Of a stretch of DNA of 18,865 bases, positions 1 to 6,629 are shown piece after piece. A model generated the notes under the pieces. It ran no database searches and was not told the DNA's origin. It saw only the letters and a program-made list of their open reading frames with translations. The DNA is from a virus, in the IMG/VR virus record IMGVR_UViG_3300045988_011708, positions 1 to 18,865 of that record; one strand, given 5' to 3'. Position 1 is the first letter of the stretch. The number at the start of each line of letters is the position of its first letter. Both the position numbers and the translations under genes were made by a program.

Positions 1-99
1 TTTTATTTTGGGCGTGTTGTTTGTTTTCGGGGCGTGTCGTGTTTTTGTTTGTGTTATAGTGTAGTTATCCGCTTCAAGGGAAAGGAAAAATAAAATGAT
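1..99. repeat. Left inverted terminal repeat (99 bp)
   Basis: Bases 1..99 are the exact reverse complement of 18767..18865. The first mismatch is at base 100 (g versus t). The repeats end exactly at the window edges, as expected for a protein-primed linear genome. Confidence 0.97.
52..60 (+). promoter_or_regulatory. Extended -10 element TGTTATAGT inside the left ITR (putative early promoter)
   Basis: TGnTATAGT lies about 35 nt upstream of the ATG at 95, followed by the RBS AAGGGAAAGGA (75..86). The same element is present in the right ITR and in an internal copy at 18426..18434. Confidence 0.5.
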
Positions 100-340
100 G
101 ATTTCAGACATGACTCTTAAGGAAAAGAATGAACTGTTGGCTACGTTGTGGGTTGACCCGTCTGTAACGCTCCTTGGTTTTGAGAATGGTATTGCAAGCA
201 GTATTGATCATGACCAAGCCGTTGACGCTTACGGTGTGGCTCAGTATGATTCGTATCAGTTCTTATTGCCTTATGAAACGGATGACGGTTTGCTTCTGGT
301 TTCCGCTGGGGATATTGAAGCGTTCGCTCGTACGTGGTAA
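95..340 (+). CDS. Hypothetical acidic early protein (81 aa), the only + strand gene
   Basis: ATG at 95 lies inside the ITR, preceded by a purine-rich RBS. The ORF is followed immediately by a strong hairpin terminator. No family was recognised. Confidence 0.6.
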   Translation: MMISDMTLKEKNELLATLWVDPSVTLLGFENGIASSIDHDQAVDAYGVAQYDSYQFLLPYETDDGLLLVSAGDIEAFARTW

Positions 341-344
341 TAAG

Positions 345-375
345 AAAAGCCCCTAGGTAATACCTAGGGGCTTTT
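345..375. terminator. Bidirectional intrinsic terminator between convergent genes
   Basis: AAAAGCCCCTAGG taata CCTAGGGGCTTTT: a 13-bp perfect stem with a 5-nt loop. An A-run on one side and a T-run on the other let it serve both the + gene (95..340) and the - strand endolysin. Confidence 0.85.
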
Positions 376-388
376 CTTATGCCGCTAA

Positions 389-1066
389 TCAGGCAAATAC
401 GAGGTACCACGTTGATTTGTCGGCTGGTGCGAGTGCTACGTACCTAGTGGCTCCTGAACCGCCAATATAGTGTGCCCAAATGTATCCGTCTGCGATCACA
501 CCGCCTTCGGATAGGTTGACGGTCTGTCCGTAGTGGTATTGGGTTACTACTGGCGCTGAGGTTGACGGCGCAGACCTCACGTTGAGCACGTCAACGTTGA
601 CTTTGTAGGTGCGTGGAATGATGGTTACGTTATTGTTTGTTGGTGCTGTCGAGGGCGTGGTTGTTGAGCGTGGGTGGAAGTATCCGATAATGCCGTTCTT
701 GCTGATGGTGACGTATCCGGCCTTGTTTGGGTTCTGCGACATGGTGTTAAGAGTGCCGTTGCCATTGTCTTTGATTACGATGGCTACGTGGTTCATGCCT
801 GCGCCGTTCCAGAATGCCACGTCACCGTAAACCGACGTGTAGTTTCCTGCTTCGCGGCTGAACGTGTTCTGTAATGCTTGTGAACGATTATAGCGATCAG
901 TGTAGACGCTTGCTGCGTATCCGTCTACTGTGTTGGTGTCGGCGGCTGGAATGCCGTATACGTTTCGTGCGTAGCTGCTCCATAGGTCCCAGCATTGTCC
1001 GCCGTATGCGCCGTCCATGTCTACAACCTGTCCGTTTACTGAGTTCATCCATTCTTGAATGTTCAT
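389..1066 (-). CDS. Endolysin: N-terminal CHAP amidase/peptidase domain plus C-terminal SH3b-like cell-wall-binding domain
   Basis: CHAP signature DMDGAYGGQCWDLW ... NHVAIV. The C-terminus YKVNVDVLNVRSAPS...GYIWAHY is typical of SH3b. It is the last gene of the late operon, directly after the holin. Confidence 0.85.
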   Translation of the reverse strand: MNIQEWMNSVNGQVVDMDGAYGGQCWDLWSSYARNVYGIPAADTNTVDGYAASVYTDRYNRSQALQNTFSREAGNYTSVYGDVAFWNGAGMNHVAIVIKDNGNGTLNTMSQNPNKAGYVTISKNGIIGYFHPRSTTTPSTAPTNNNVTIIPRTYKVNVDVLNVRSAPSTSAPVVTQYHYGQTVNLSEGGVIADGYIWAHYIGGSGATRYVALAPADKSTWYLVFA

Positions 1067-1067
1067 G

Positions 1068-1439
1068 TTAGTTTTCCTTCTTGTGCTTGGGGGTATTGGT
1101 GTTTGCGAACACGCTCATGAAGGGGGCGTCCGCTAGTTCGGGGTTGATTGCGGTAATGTTTTCGAGGATTGAGGTGAGTTCGATCAGGCTAATGCCGCCT
1201 ACGGTGCATACGAATACGCTGACCGGCAATCCTAGATCTACGTGTAGGTTGATCATGTCTACGAAGTAGGCTACCAAGGTGAGCATGAGGTATGCGAACT
1301 TGTGCCATAAACCTTGTCGCATTTTCTGTGAGCTGAGTGCGTTATTGAGTATGGCTTTAGCGAGTCCGGTCACATAATCCACAATGATGAAAAAGACTAC
1401 CGCGAACACACACCACACGTCCGTTGCCGTCATTGTCAT
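1068..1439 (-). CDS. Holin (Phage_holin_4_1 / LL-H-like family)
   Basis: 123 aa with several hydrophobic segments. Family-like motifs DYVTGLAKA...SSQKMRQGLWHK and LIELTSILENI, and a charged C-terminal tail. GGAGG RBS upstream. Its stop lies 1 nt before the endolysin ATG. Confidence 0.8.
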   Translation of the reverse strand: MTMTATDVWCVFAVVFFIIVDYVTGLAKAILNNALSSQKMRQGLWHKFAYLMLTLVAYFVDMINLHVDLGLPVSVFVCTVGGISLIELTSILENITAINPELADAPFMSVFANTNTPKHKKEN

Positions 1440-1453
1440 TGATATTATCCTCC

Positions 1454-2521
1454 TTATTTTCCTAGCAATTCTCCAATAATAAGCCCAAAGTCGGCCTTGA
1501 CTTGTGAATCATCGAAACGGATTTTACCGAGCCTGTAGCCGGTGGTGAGTCGCCTTATGATATCATCTGATTTTTTGACGTACCATGTTTTTTCGTCAAC
1601 ATGGTTGGGGTCTAACGTGTAGATGGGTCTGGTATTGTCTTTGGGGATGCGTCGTGAAACGTATTGTGAAACGTGTCCGTCGCGTTCGGATGCGCTTACC
1701 CATATGCCAAATCGCGCATAGTCGGTAGTGTCCAAAATGTAGGAGAGTTCGCCGTCATTAGGTATGGGCGCTAGCAACGTGTCCGATTCGTCGCGGAATT
1801 TATTACGGATGGCATAATCCGCATAATCTTCGTCGTATTGTTCGAGAAACCGTCCGAATTTGGATTGTGCGACTTTGGCCGAGAAACCACCATAATCGGC
1901 CAATTCGAGACATACAAACCCACCGCAATATAATTTGTATTGTTGTTGATTGGCTTGTTGTGAGCCAATGTCAAGCCGGTATTTGGTGAAATACGGGTTA
2001 GCCTTCTGTACCGCGTTAGATAAAAACAATACTTTTGTCCTGTCCTGCCAGCGGTCAACGGTGTTGTAGAACTCGGAAAAACTGTTTACCTCATTGCTTA
2101 AGAATCTGAGATTGTCGGGGAAGATTTCATCGAATATAATCAAGTGTACTTTAGGATAGGCGACTGATTTCAGTCCGCCCGCTTGGGAGAGTGCTACGAA
2201 GTAGCAGCATGTGCGCCAATCTTCTTTGTCCCATGACGTTTTATGCACCTGCCCTTTTTCACCATTCACGCGGAATTCGTAGGAAGGAAAAAATTCCTGA
2301 ATGTCTTTGAAGAACGTTTCCTTACGGTGCTGCTCCACGTCCGTGCGGCGCAAGTAGATGAACTCGTAACCGTGTTTGATATATTCTTTGATGCCGTATC
2401 GTTTTGCGGCAAAAGTCTTGCCGAGTCCGCGTGCGCCGATCACGAAATTCCACGGGGCGTTGCGGGTGAGCAGGTTATGCAAGTCGTAGTAATCATCTTC
2501 GGCCAAGGTTTGCAATGCCAT
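1454..2521 (-). CDS. DNA encapsidation (packaging) ATPase, phi29 gp16-like
   Basis: Walker A NFVIGARGLGKT and Walker B HLIIFDE. The N-terminal third resembles phi29 gp16 as remembered (NFVIGARGIGKS...FIYVRR). RBS is AGGAGG. Confidence 0.9.
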   Translation of the reverse strand: MALQTLAEDDYYDLHNLLTRNAPWNFVIGARGLGKTFAAKRYGIKEYIKHGYEFIYLRRTDVEQHRKETFFKDIQEFFPSYEFRVNGEKGQVHKTSWDKEDWRTCCYFVALSQAGGLKSVAYPKVHLIIFDEIFPDNLRFLSNEVNSFSEFYNTVDRWQDRTKVLFLSNAVQKANPYFTKYRLDIGSQQANQQQYKLYCGGFVCLELADYGGFSAKVAQSKFGRFLEQYDEDYADYAIRNKFRDESDTLLAPIPNDGELSYILDTTDYARFGIWVSASERDGHVSQYVSRRIPKDNTRPIYTLDPNHVDEKTWYVKKSDDIIRRLTTGYRLGKIRFDDSQVKADFGLIIGELLGK

Positions 2522-2542
2522 GCACTCACCTCCTAAAATAAT

Positions 2543-2576
2543 GGGAGCGTAACGTCATGACCACCGTTACACTCCC
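2543..2576 (-). terminator. Intrinsic terminator or attenuator hairpin immediately upstream of the ATPase RBS
   Basis: On the - strand: GGGAGUGUAACG gtggtcatga CGUUACGCUCCC, a 12-bp stem with one G.U pair. It is followed by AUUAUUUU, then AGGAGG and the ATG. Confidence 0.65.
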
Positions 2577-2625
2577 ACTAGTTACGGTCGGCTCAAGGGA
2601 AAGTCATCACATGCCGACAAGCATT

Positions 2626-2634
2626 ATTATATCA
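2626..2634 (-). promoter_or_regulatory. Extended -10 element TGATATAAT
   Basis: On the - strand, CATGTGATATAAT follows the TAG stop of the tail lysin. The same 12-mer, CATGTGATATAA, occurs at 16038..16049. No convincing -35 element. Confidence 0.45.
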
Positions 2635-2639
2635 CATGT

Positions 2640-3854
2640 CTAGAATGCGGGCGGGTTCGATTTTCCATCCCACACACTTAACAGCGAATACGCCTGATTA
2701 TAGCGATTGCTATACGGCCCGAACGGATATGTACTTAAGATATTGGCCTTGAGCTGTGCGAGATTCGACGCTTTCGGCACCTTGAGTGCATTGGCTGGAG
2801 ATTGGTGATATGCGGTCACCCACAAGATCTGCATTTTATCATCATCGTACTCCTGTGGATATCCCACGTAATCTTCGGCAAACTGCTTGCGCTGCCCCTC
2901 ATGCGACTCGCTACGCCGTGCCCATGTTTGGAATGCCGTGGCTTCCGCTTGCGTGAGATTGCGCGTAAACTCGCCACCTGATTCCATGAGTGCCGCGATC
3001 TGTGGTGCAGCTGTTTTGAACGCAGTATAGCCGGTTGGGTCTACCGTCTTCATGGCGTTGAGCACTTGTAGTCGGCGTCCGAAGCTCCATTGGGCTATGC
3101 CGATACCCTGTAAGTTGGCGGCTTCCACTGCATCCCAGCGTAGCCCAGATTCTACCGTGCCTACCACATAGAGCGCATACGAGTTTTCCGCACTGACCGA
3201 GCTGGAAGGGTGCCCCTGTCCTTGCGAGTCGGACGGTTGACCAAGGGAGGTTTTTTCGGAAAAATTATTGGCCGTTGTCTTATAGAAAATGCGGGTGCGT
3301 GCCCCGCTGTTATCTGTCTCATGCAGATACAGGTTGTCGCCTTGCCAGTGTATCCACGCTCCCCCGCGCGCGGTATCAGGGTTACCCTGATTGTTGTCGC
3401 CGGTGGGATTGTCCACGTCCGGCTTAGACATGGTACGGGGGTGCAGATAGCCTAACAGTCCGTCGATCGGAAACCATTTGAGCGCGCTAGCATCAGGATT
3501 TTGCGTAATTACGTAGATTCTGCCGTCTTTTACCCCATCATTGCCGGCGACTATGGCAACATGCGTGTATGGGGTGTACGTGCCGTATCCCCATATTGCC
3601 ACGTCACCGGCCACGGGCGTGTGTCCGCTTGCGGGAATTTGTTCGTACACCTGTTCGCACCGTGCGGATACCGGATATGACGTGTACAAGCCCCCGGCAT
3701 AGCCGGTAGGTGTTATGCAATCCTGAATAGACATGCCGTACATGTCCATGCTGTATTTAGCCCATAAGTCCCAGCATTGCGCGCCATACGCCCCGTCCAT
3801 GTCCCAAAAACGGTTTTTCGTCTGGTCAATCCACTGAGTAAAAGTAATAGCCAT
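2640..3854 (-). CDS. Tail-associated peptidoglycan hydrolase: CHAP domain plus lytic-transglycosylase-like domain (functional analogue of phi29 gp13)
   Basis: The N-terminus DMDGAYGAQCWDLW...THVAIV is a CHAP domain paralogous to the endolysin. The C-terminal part has an E-S ... GIGIAQW pattern reminiscent of SLT/GH23 domains. It sits after the appendage genes, as gp13 does. Confidence 0.75.
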   Translation of the reverse strand: MAITFTQWIDQTKNRFWDMDGAYGAQCWDLWAKYSMDMYGMSIQDCITPTGYAGGLYTSYPVSARCEQVYEQIPASGHTPVAGDVAIWGYGTYTPYTHVAIVAGNDGVKDGRIYVITQNPDASALKWFPIDGLLGYLHPRTMSKPDVDNPTGDNNQGNPDTARGGAWIHWQGDNLYLHETDNSGARTRIFYKTTANNFSEKTSLGQPSDSQGQGHPSSSVSAENSYALYVVGTVESGLRWDAVEAANLQGIGIAQWSFGRRLQVLNAMKTVDPTGYTAFKTAAPQIAALMESGGEFTRNLTQAEATAFQTWARRSESHEGQRKQFAEDYVGYPQEYDDDKMQILWVTAYHQSPANALKVPKASNLAQLKANILSTYPFGPYSNRYNQAYSLLSVWDGKSNPPAF

Positions 3855-3880
3855 ATCACCATTATAGGCGATATGGCTAT
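3847..3880 (-). promoter_or_regulatory. 11-bp perfect inverted repeat (hairpin or operator) enclosing the tail-lysin start codon
   Basis: ATAGCCATATC (3847..3857) and GATATGGCTAT (3870..3880) are separated by a 12-nt loop that contains TATAAT on the - strand. The ATG (3852..3854) lies in one stem arm. Confidence 0.6.
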
Positions 3881-3899
3881 CGTTAAGGCAGCATGGAGA

Positions 3900-5423
3900 T
3901 TACCATGCGACGGTAAAACCGCCCCCCATCAAACCATTAGGGGAGCCATGGCTACCGGTTGTGGTGTATGGCTGGATGCCGATCGTACCGCTGATGTGAT
4001 CATTACTCCCCAACACTTTGAACAAGGTGGCGTCGTTCGCTCCGTTGGATGCCATGAGAGACCATGCGTCCGGCTCGTTCGTACTATCGCTGTTGCGTTC
4101 CGCCCATTTTGGCAAGGCGTTTTTAATGTCCACGAAATTCGCGGCGGTGACGTTGCTGGCGAGATGCCAGCCGAACGTAATAAGCCCTCCCGAAGCGTTG
4201 ACGGTAAACAGTGCGAGAGTATTGGTCGAATCGCGCCATGAAAACGATTCCGTACGCCCCGTATAGTTATGGTTAATGTAATCAAGCATGTAGGACACGA
4301 TCACGTTGGTTCCGTCCGCGTTCGGGTGGATATCACCGGTCGGGAAGTACGTGTTGTTTCCCAAATTCCATGTCCACGCCCACGGTACCGCTTCCACGCC
4401 GACTTCTCGCGCGGCGGAAATACAGCTTGCGGAGTTATACCGCCAATAATTGGATACCGGTGTCCAGTCCCACATCATGGGCACAACGATAATTCGAGCG
4501 TTCGGAAACTCTCGCTTAACCCCACTGTACAGGCTTACGGCGGCGGTGCGCAATGTGCCCGAATATCCGTCGTTGGTATTGCGGCTACCGGCGATCACCA
4601 CTAATCCGACTTCCGCATGATTGTAGCTGGTGTCCGCTCTTGCATTGTTAAGCTCGGTTTGAAATGTGGTGTTTGGCGCAATGTAGCCCGCGCCAGCGAT
4701 GCAATAATTGTGTAGTACGGTATCTTCTCCCAGTCGCGAGTTGAGTACTGATGGCCATTCGCGTGTCTTGTCCGTATTCGTGCCGTACGAGTCGCCGAAC
4801 GTCACCAAGTGTCCGTTGGTCTGCGAGAAGGATTTAAGGATTCGAGCGATAGCATTATTCGCGGTGATCGCGTCCGAGCTTGCTTTATCCCACTTGGTTT
4901 TAGAGATGGTGGCGTTGTTTTCGTTGGATGCGCCCAACGCTGTGAGGATAGTGGTATTATTGGTGGCTTTTTCGGTGGCGGCGGCGGCTTCTGTGCCGGC
5001 CTTATCCCACTTGGCCTTAGAGGCGGTGGCGTGTCCGGCGGTATCGGCTCCCAATGCGGCGAGGATTGCCGTATTGGCGTGGGCCTTGCCTGCGGCGTCT
5101 GCGGCGTCCTCCTTTGCCTTAACGGCGTCCTCCATTGCCTTAACGGCGTCCGCCACTGCCTCAACGGCGTCCGTACTGGCTTTGTCCCACTTGGTTTTCG
5201 CCGCGGTCGCGTTATCCACCGTATTGTCCACAAGCAGTGCTTCCATTACCGCTTCGTCATGGGTTTCTCGCGATTCCACGCCCTCGATACGGTTCAAATG
5301 TTTTTCGAGCGTATCATCAATGGTGCGCATGGAGCCGTTATACCCGTCCCTCAGATCGGCGGGGTCATTGTCTCCATACAAATTCAAGCCGTAATTATCG
5401 GTTTTCGTATACACTGTAGCCAT
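3900..5423 (-). CDS. Tail fibre/appendage protein with N-terminal anchor motif, repeat-rich coiled-coil shaft and SGNH/GDSL-type hydrolase domain
   Basis: N-terminus YGLNLYGDNDPADLRDGYNGSMRTIDDTL. Three modules of KxKWDKAxxxA...NTxILxALGA. GDSL block I is VTFGDSYG, a block III-like motif is AGSRNTNDG, and a block V-like motif is GDIHPNADG. Confidence 0.7.
   Translation of the reverse strand: MATVYTKTDNYGLNLYGDNDPADLRDGYNGSMRTIDDTLEKHLNRIEGVESRETHDEAVMEALLVDNTVDNATAAKTKWDKASTDAVEAVADAVKAMEDAVKAKEDAADAAGKAHANTAILAALGADTAGHATASKAKWDKAGTEAAAATEKATNNTTILTALGASNENNATISKTKWDKASSDAITANNAIARILKSFSQTNGHLVTFGDSYGTNTDKTREWPSVLNSRLGEDTVLHNYCIAGAGYIAPNTTFQTELNNARADTSYNHAEVGLVVIAGSRNTNDGYSGTLRTAAVSLYSGVKREFPNARIIVVPMMWDWTPVSNYWRYNSASCISAAREVGVEAVPWAWTWNLGNNTYFPTGDIHPNADGTNVIVSYMLDYINHNYTGRTESFSWRDSTNTLALFTVNASGGLITFGWHLASNVTAANFVDIKNALPKWAERNSDSTNEPDAWSLMASNGANDATLFKVLGSNDHISGTIGIQPYTTTGSHGSPNGLMGGGFTVAW
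5092..5175 (-). repeat. Tandem 21-bp repeats (4 units) encoding heptads inside the fibre gene
   Basis: Units ...TTGCCTTAACGGCGTCCTCC / ATTGCCTTAACGGCGTCCGCC / ACTGCCTCAACGGCGTCCGTA. They encode DAVEAVA-DAVKAME-DAVKAKE-DAADAAG, a coiled-coil heptad register. Confidence 0.8.
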
Positions 5424-5428
5424 TTTAT

Positions 5429-5611
5429 TTAGTCCTTTTCACGGATCTGCGTTTCAAGCTGGGTGAGAATCTGGTCGATCATGCGCATAGCATGATTGTA
5501 CCCGTCGCGCATGTCCATCGGTGTTGCGTCATTGTAGAGGGGCAACCCCCAATGACGTGTCACATCATATGCGGCAACGTCAACGGGGGTTGCTTGCGGT
5601 TGACCTGCCAT
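5429..5611 (-). CDS. Small protein (60 aa) consisting only of the fibre N-terminal anchor motif
   Basis: HWGLPLYNDATPMDMRDGYNHAMRMIDQIL aligns closely with the N-terminus of the 507-aa fibre. RBS is GGGAGA. Tightly packed between neighbouring genes. Confidence 0.6.
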   Translation of the reverse strand: MAGQPQATPVDVAAYDVTRHWGLPLYNDATPMDMRDGYNHAMRMIDQILTQLETQIREKD

Positions 5612-5617
5612 CGTTTG

Positions 5618-5971
5618 TCATTCTCCCGAAGCGGTGGTGGAAACGAACGGCAATCCCTCGGCGGTAACCTTCGTGTCGGTAAGGTTCTTGACCGTATACT
5701 GCCCGCCACCGGAGGCCGGAACGCGGTTGAGGAAATGGTTGAGGGCGGTGCCGAGCGCATTGGCGTTCGCAGAACTCAATCCGAGCGCGGAGGCAAACGC
5801 TTTCAACCCTTCCGGCAAGGATTCGGGCGTTGGGATTGCATCAATCCTATCCGACTGAGTTTTCAGGGTTGTATCGAGAATATCCATCGAACGATTGTAT
5901 TGGCCTTCGAGGTTTGGCGCGTCCGTTGCATCATATTTCTCAAGATTATAATTAAGGGTTTTCTGGGTCAT
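5618..5971 (-). CDS. Small appendage/fibre protein (117 aa) carrying the shared N-terminal anchor motif
   Basis: YNLEKYDATDAPNLEGQYNRSMDILDTTL matches the motif in the 60-aa and 507-aa proteins. Strong RBS AGGAGG. Confidence 0.65.
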   Translation of the reverse strand: MTQKTLNYNLEKYDATDAPNLEGQYNRSMDILDTTLKTQSDRIDAIPTPESLPEGLKAFASALGLSSANANALGTALNHFLNRVPASGGGQYTVKNLTDTKVTAEGLPFVSTTASGE

Positions 5972-5994
5972 TTTTTCCTCCTATTTATTGTTTA

Positions 5995-6594
5995 TTATTT
6001 ATGGGTTTTTATGTAATTGTTTTCCACAATGCCGTTGGCGAGATTTTCGACTGTCAACGCCGTAACCGGCTCGCCGTCGTCAACGTGCACGTCACGGGGG
6101 GTGATACGTGGCTCGTCATTGTGAAAAATGGTTTTGTTACCGAGCACGGCAAACTCCAGGCACGAATGCGCTGCTGCCATGGGTACGGACAATTGCGCCA
6201 TCTGGTTGACTCGTGCACCAAATACGGCCAGCTCGCGATACACATCGCGGTTTGCGTTTTTCGAGTCTTCGTATTTACCCCGGGTCGGATTGTAGGTCAA
6301 GTCCGAATCCTCGTATTGGCCGACCTGCTTTTCAAGGTCGTCCAGCGTTTTGTTGATACGCTCGAACTGCTCGCTGAAACCGGCGACAAGCTGTTTGATC
6401 GCTTCAATATCGGCGTTTTCGTCTTTAGCGAGATTATCGAGCTGTTCCCTGAGCTGGTCGAGATGCTCGGCCACCTCCTGCACATACCCGAGCACGGTGA
6501 GCGTATCGCGATAGCTAAATGGCTGAACGGTGGTAAAATATCGTTGCCTTGGGTCGATATCCAAGGGGGCGGCACACATGTTAATCCCGTCCAT
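5995..6594 (-). CDS. Structural protein with central coiled coil (199 aa), probable neck/appendage component
   Basis: RBS GGAGGG. Heptad-rich segment LDQLREQLDNLAKDENADIEAIKQLVAGFSEQFERINKTLDDLEKQV. Located between the lower collar and the fibre genes. Function is inferred from position only. Confidence 0.5.
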   Translation of the reverse strand: MDGINMCAAPLDIDPRQRYFTTVQPFSYRDTLTVLGYVQEVAEHLDQLREQLDNLAKDENADIEAIKQLVAGFSEQFERINKTLDDLEKQVGQYEDSDLTYNPTRGKYEDSKNANRDVYRELAVFGARVNQMAQLSVPMAAAHSCLEFAVLGNKTIFHNDEPRITPRDVHVDDGEPVTALTVENLANGIVENNYIKTHK

Positions 6595-6629
6595 AAAATC
6601 CCTCCAATCTGTCTTAAATCAAGTATACT

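Noticed and set aside
881-894. 14-nt repeat TCGCTATAATCGTT (- strand) shared between the endolysin gene interior and 15524..15537 downstream of the SSB gene
   Set aside because: A single 14-mer coincidence is about what chance predicts for a genome of this size. The copy at 881 is inside a coding region. Only the 15528..15533 TATAAT is noted, as a possible weak promoter, under the stem-loop feature.
4708-5432. Long + strand ORFs (228 aa, 207 aa) and a - strand 143-aa alternative-frame ORF within the fibre gene
   Set aside because: These are shadow ORFs produced by the repetitive, Ala-rich codon pattern of the fibre shaft. They give low-complexity translations, have no start signals, and lie entirely within a well-supported CDS.
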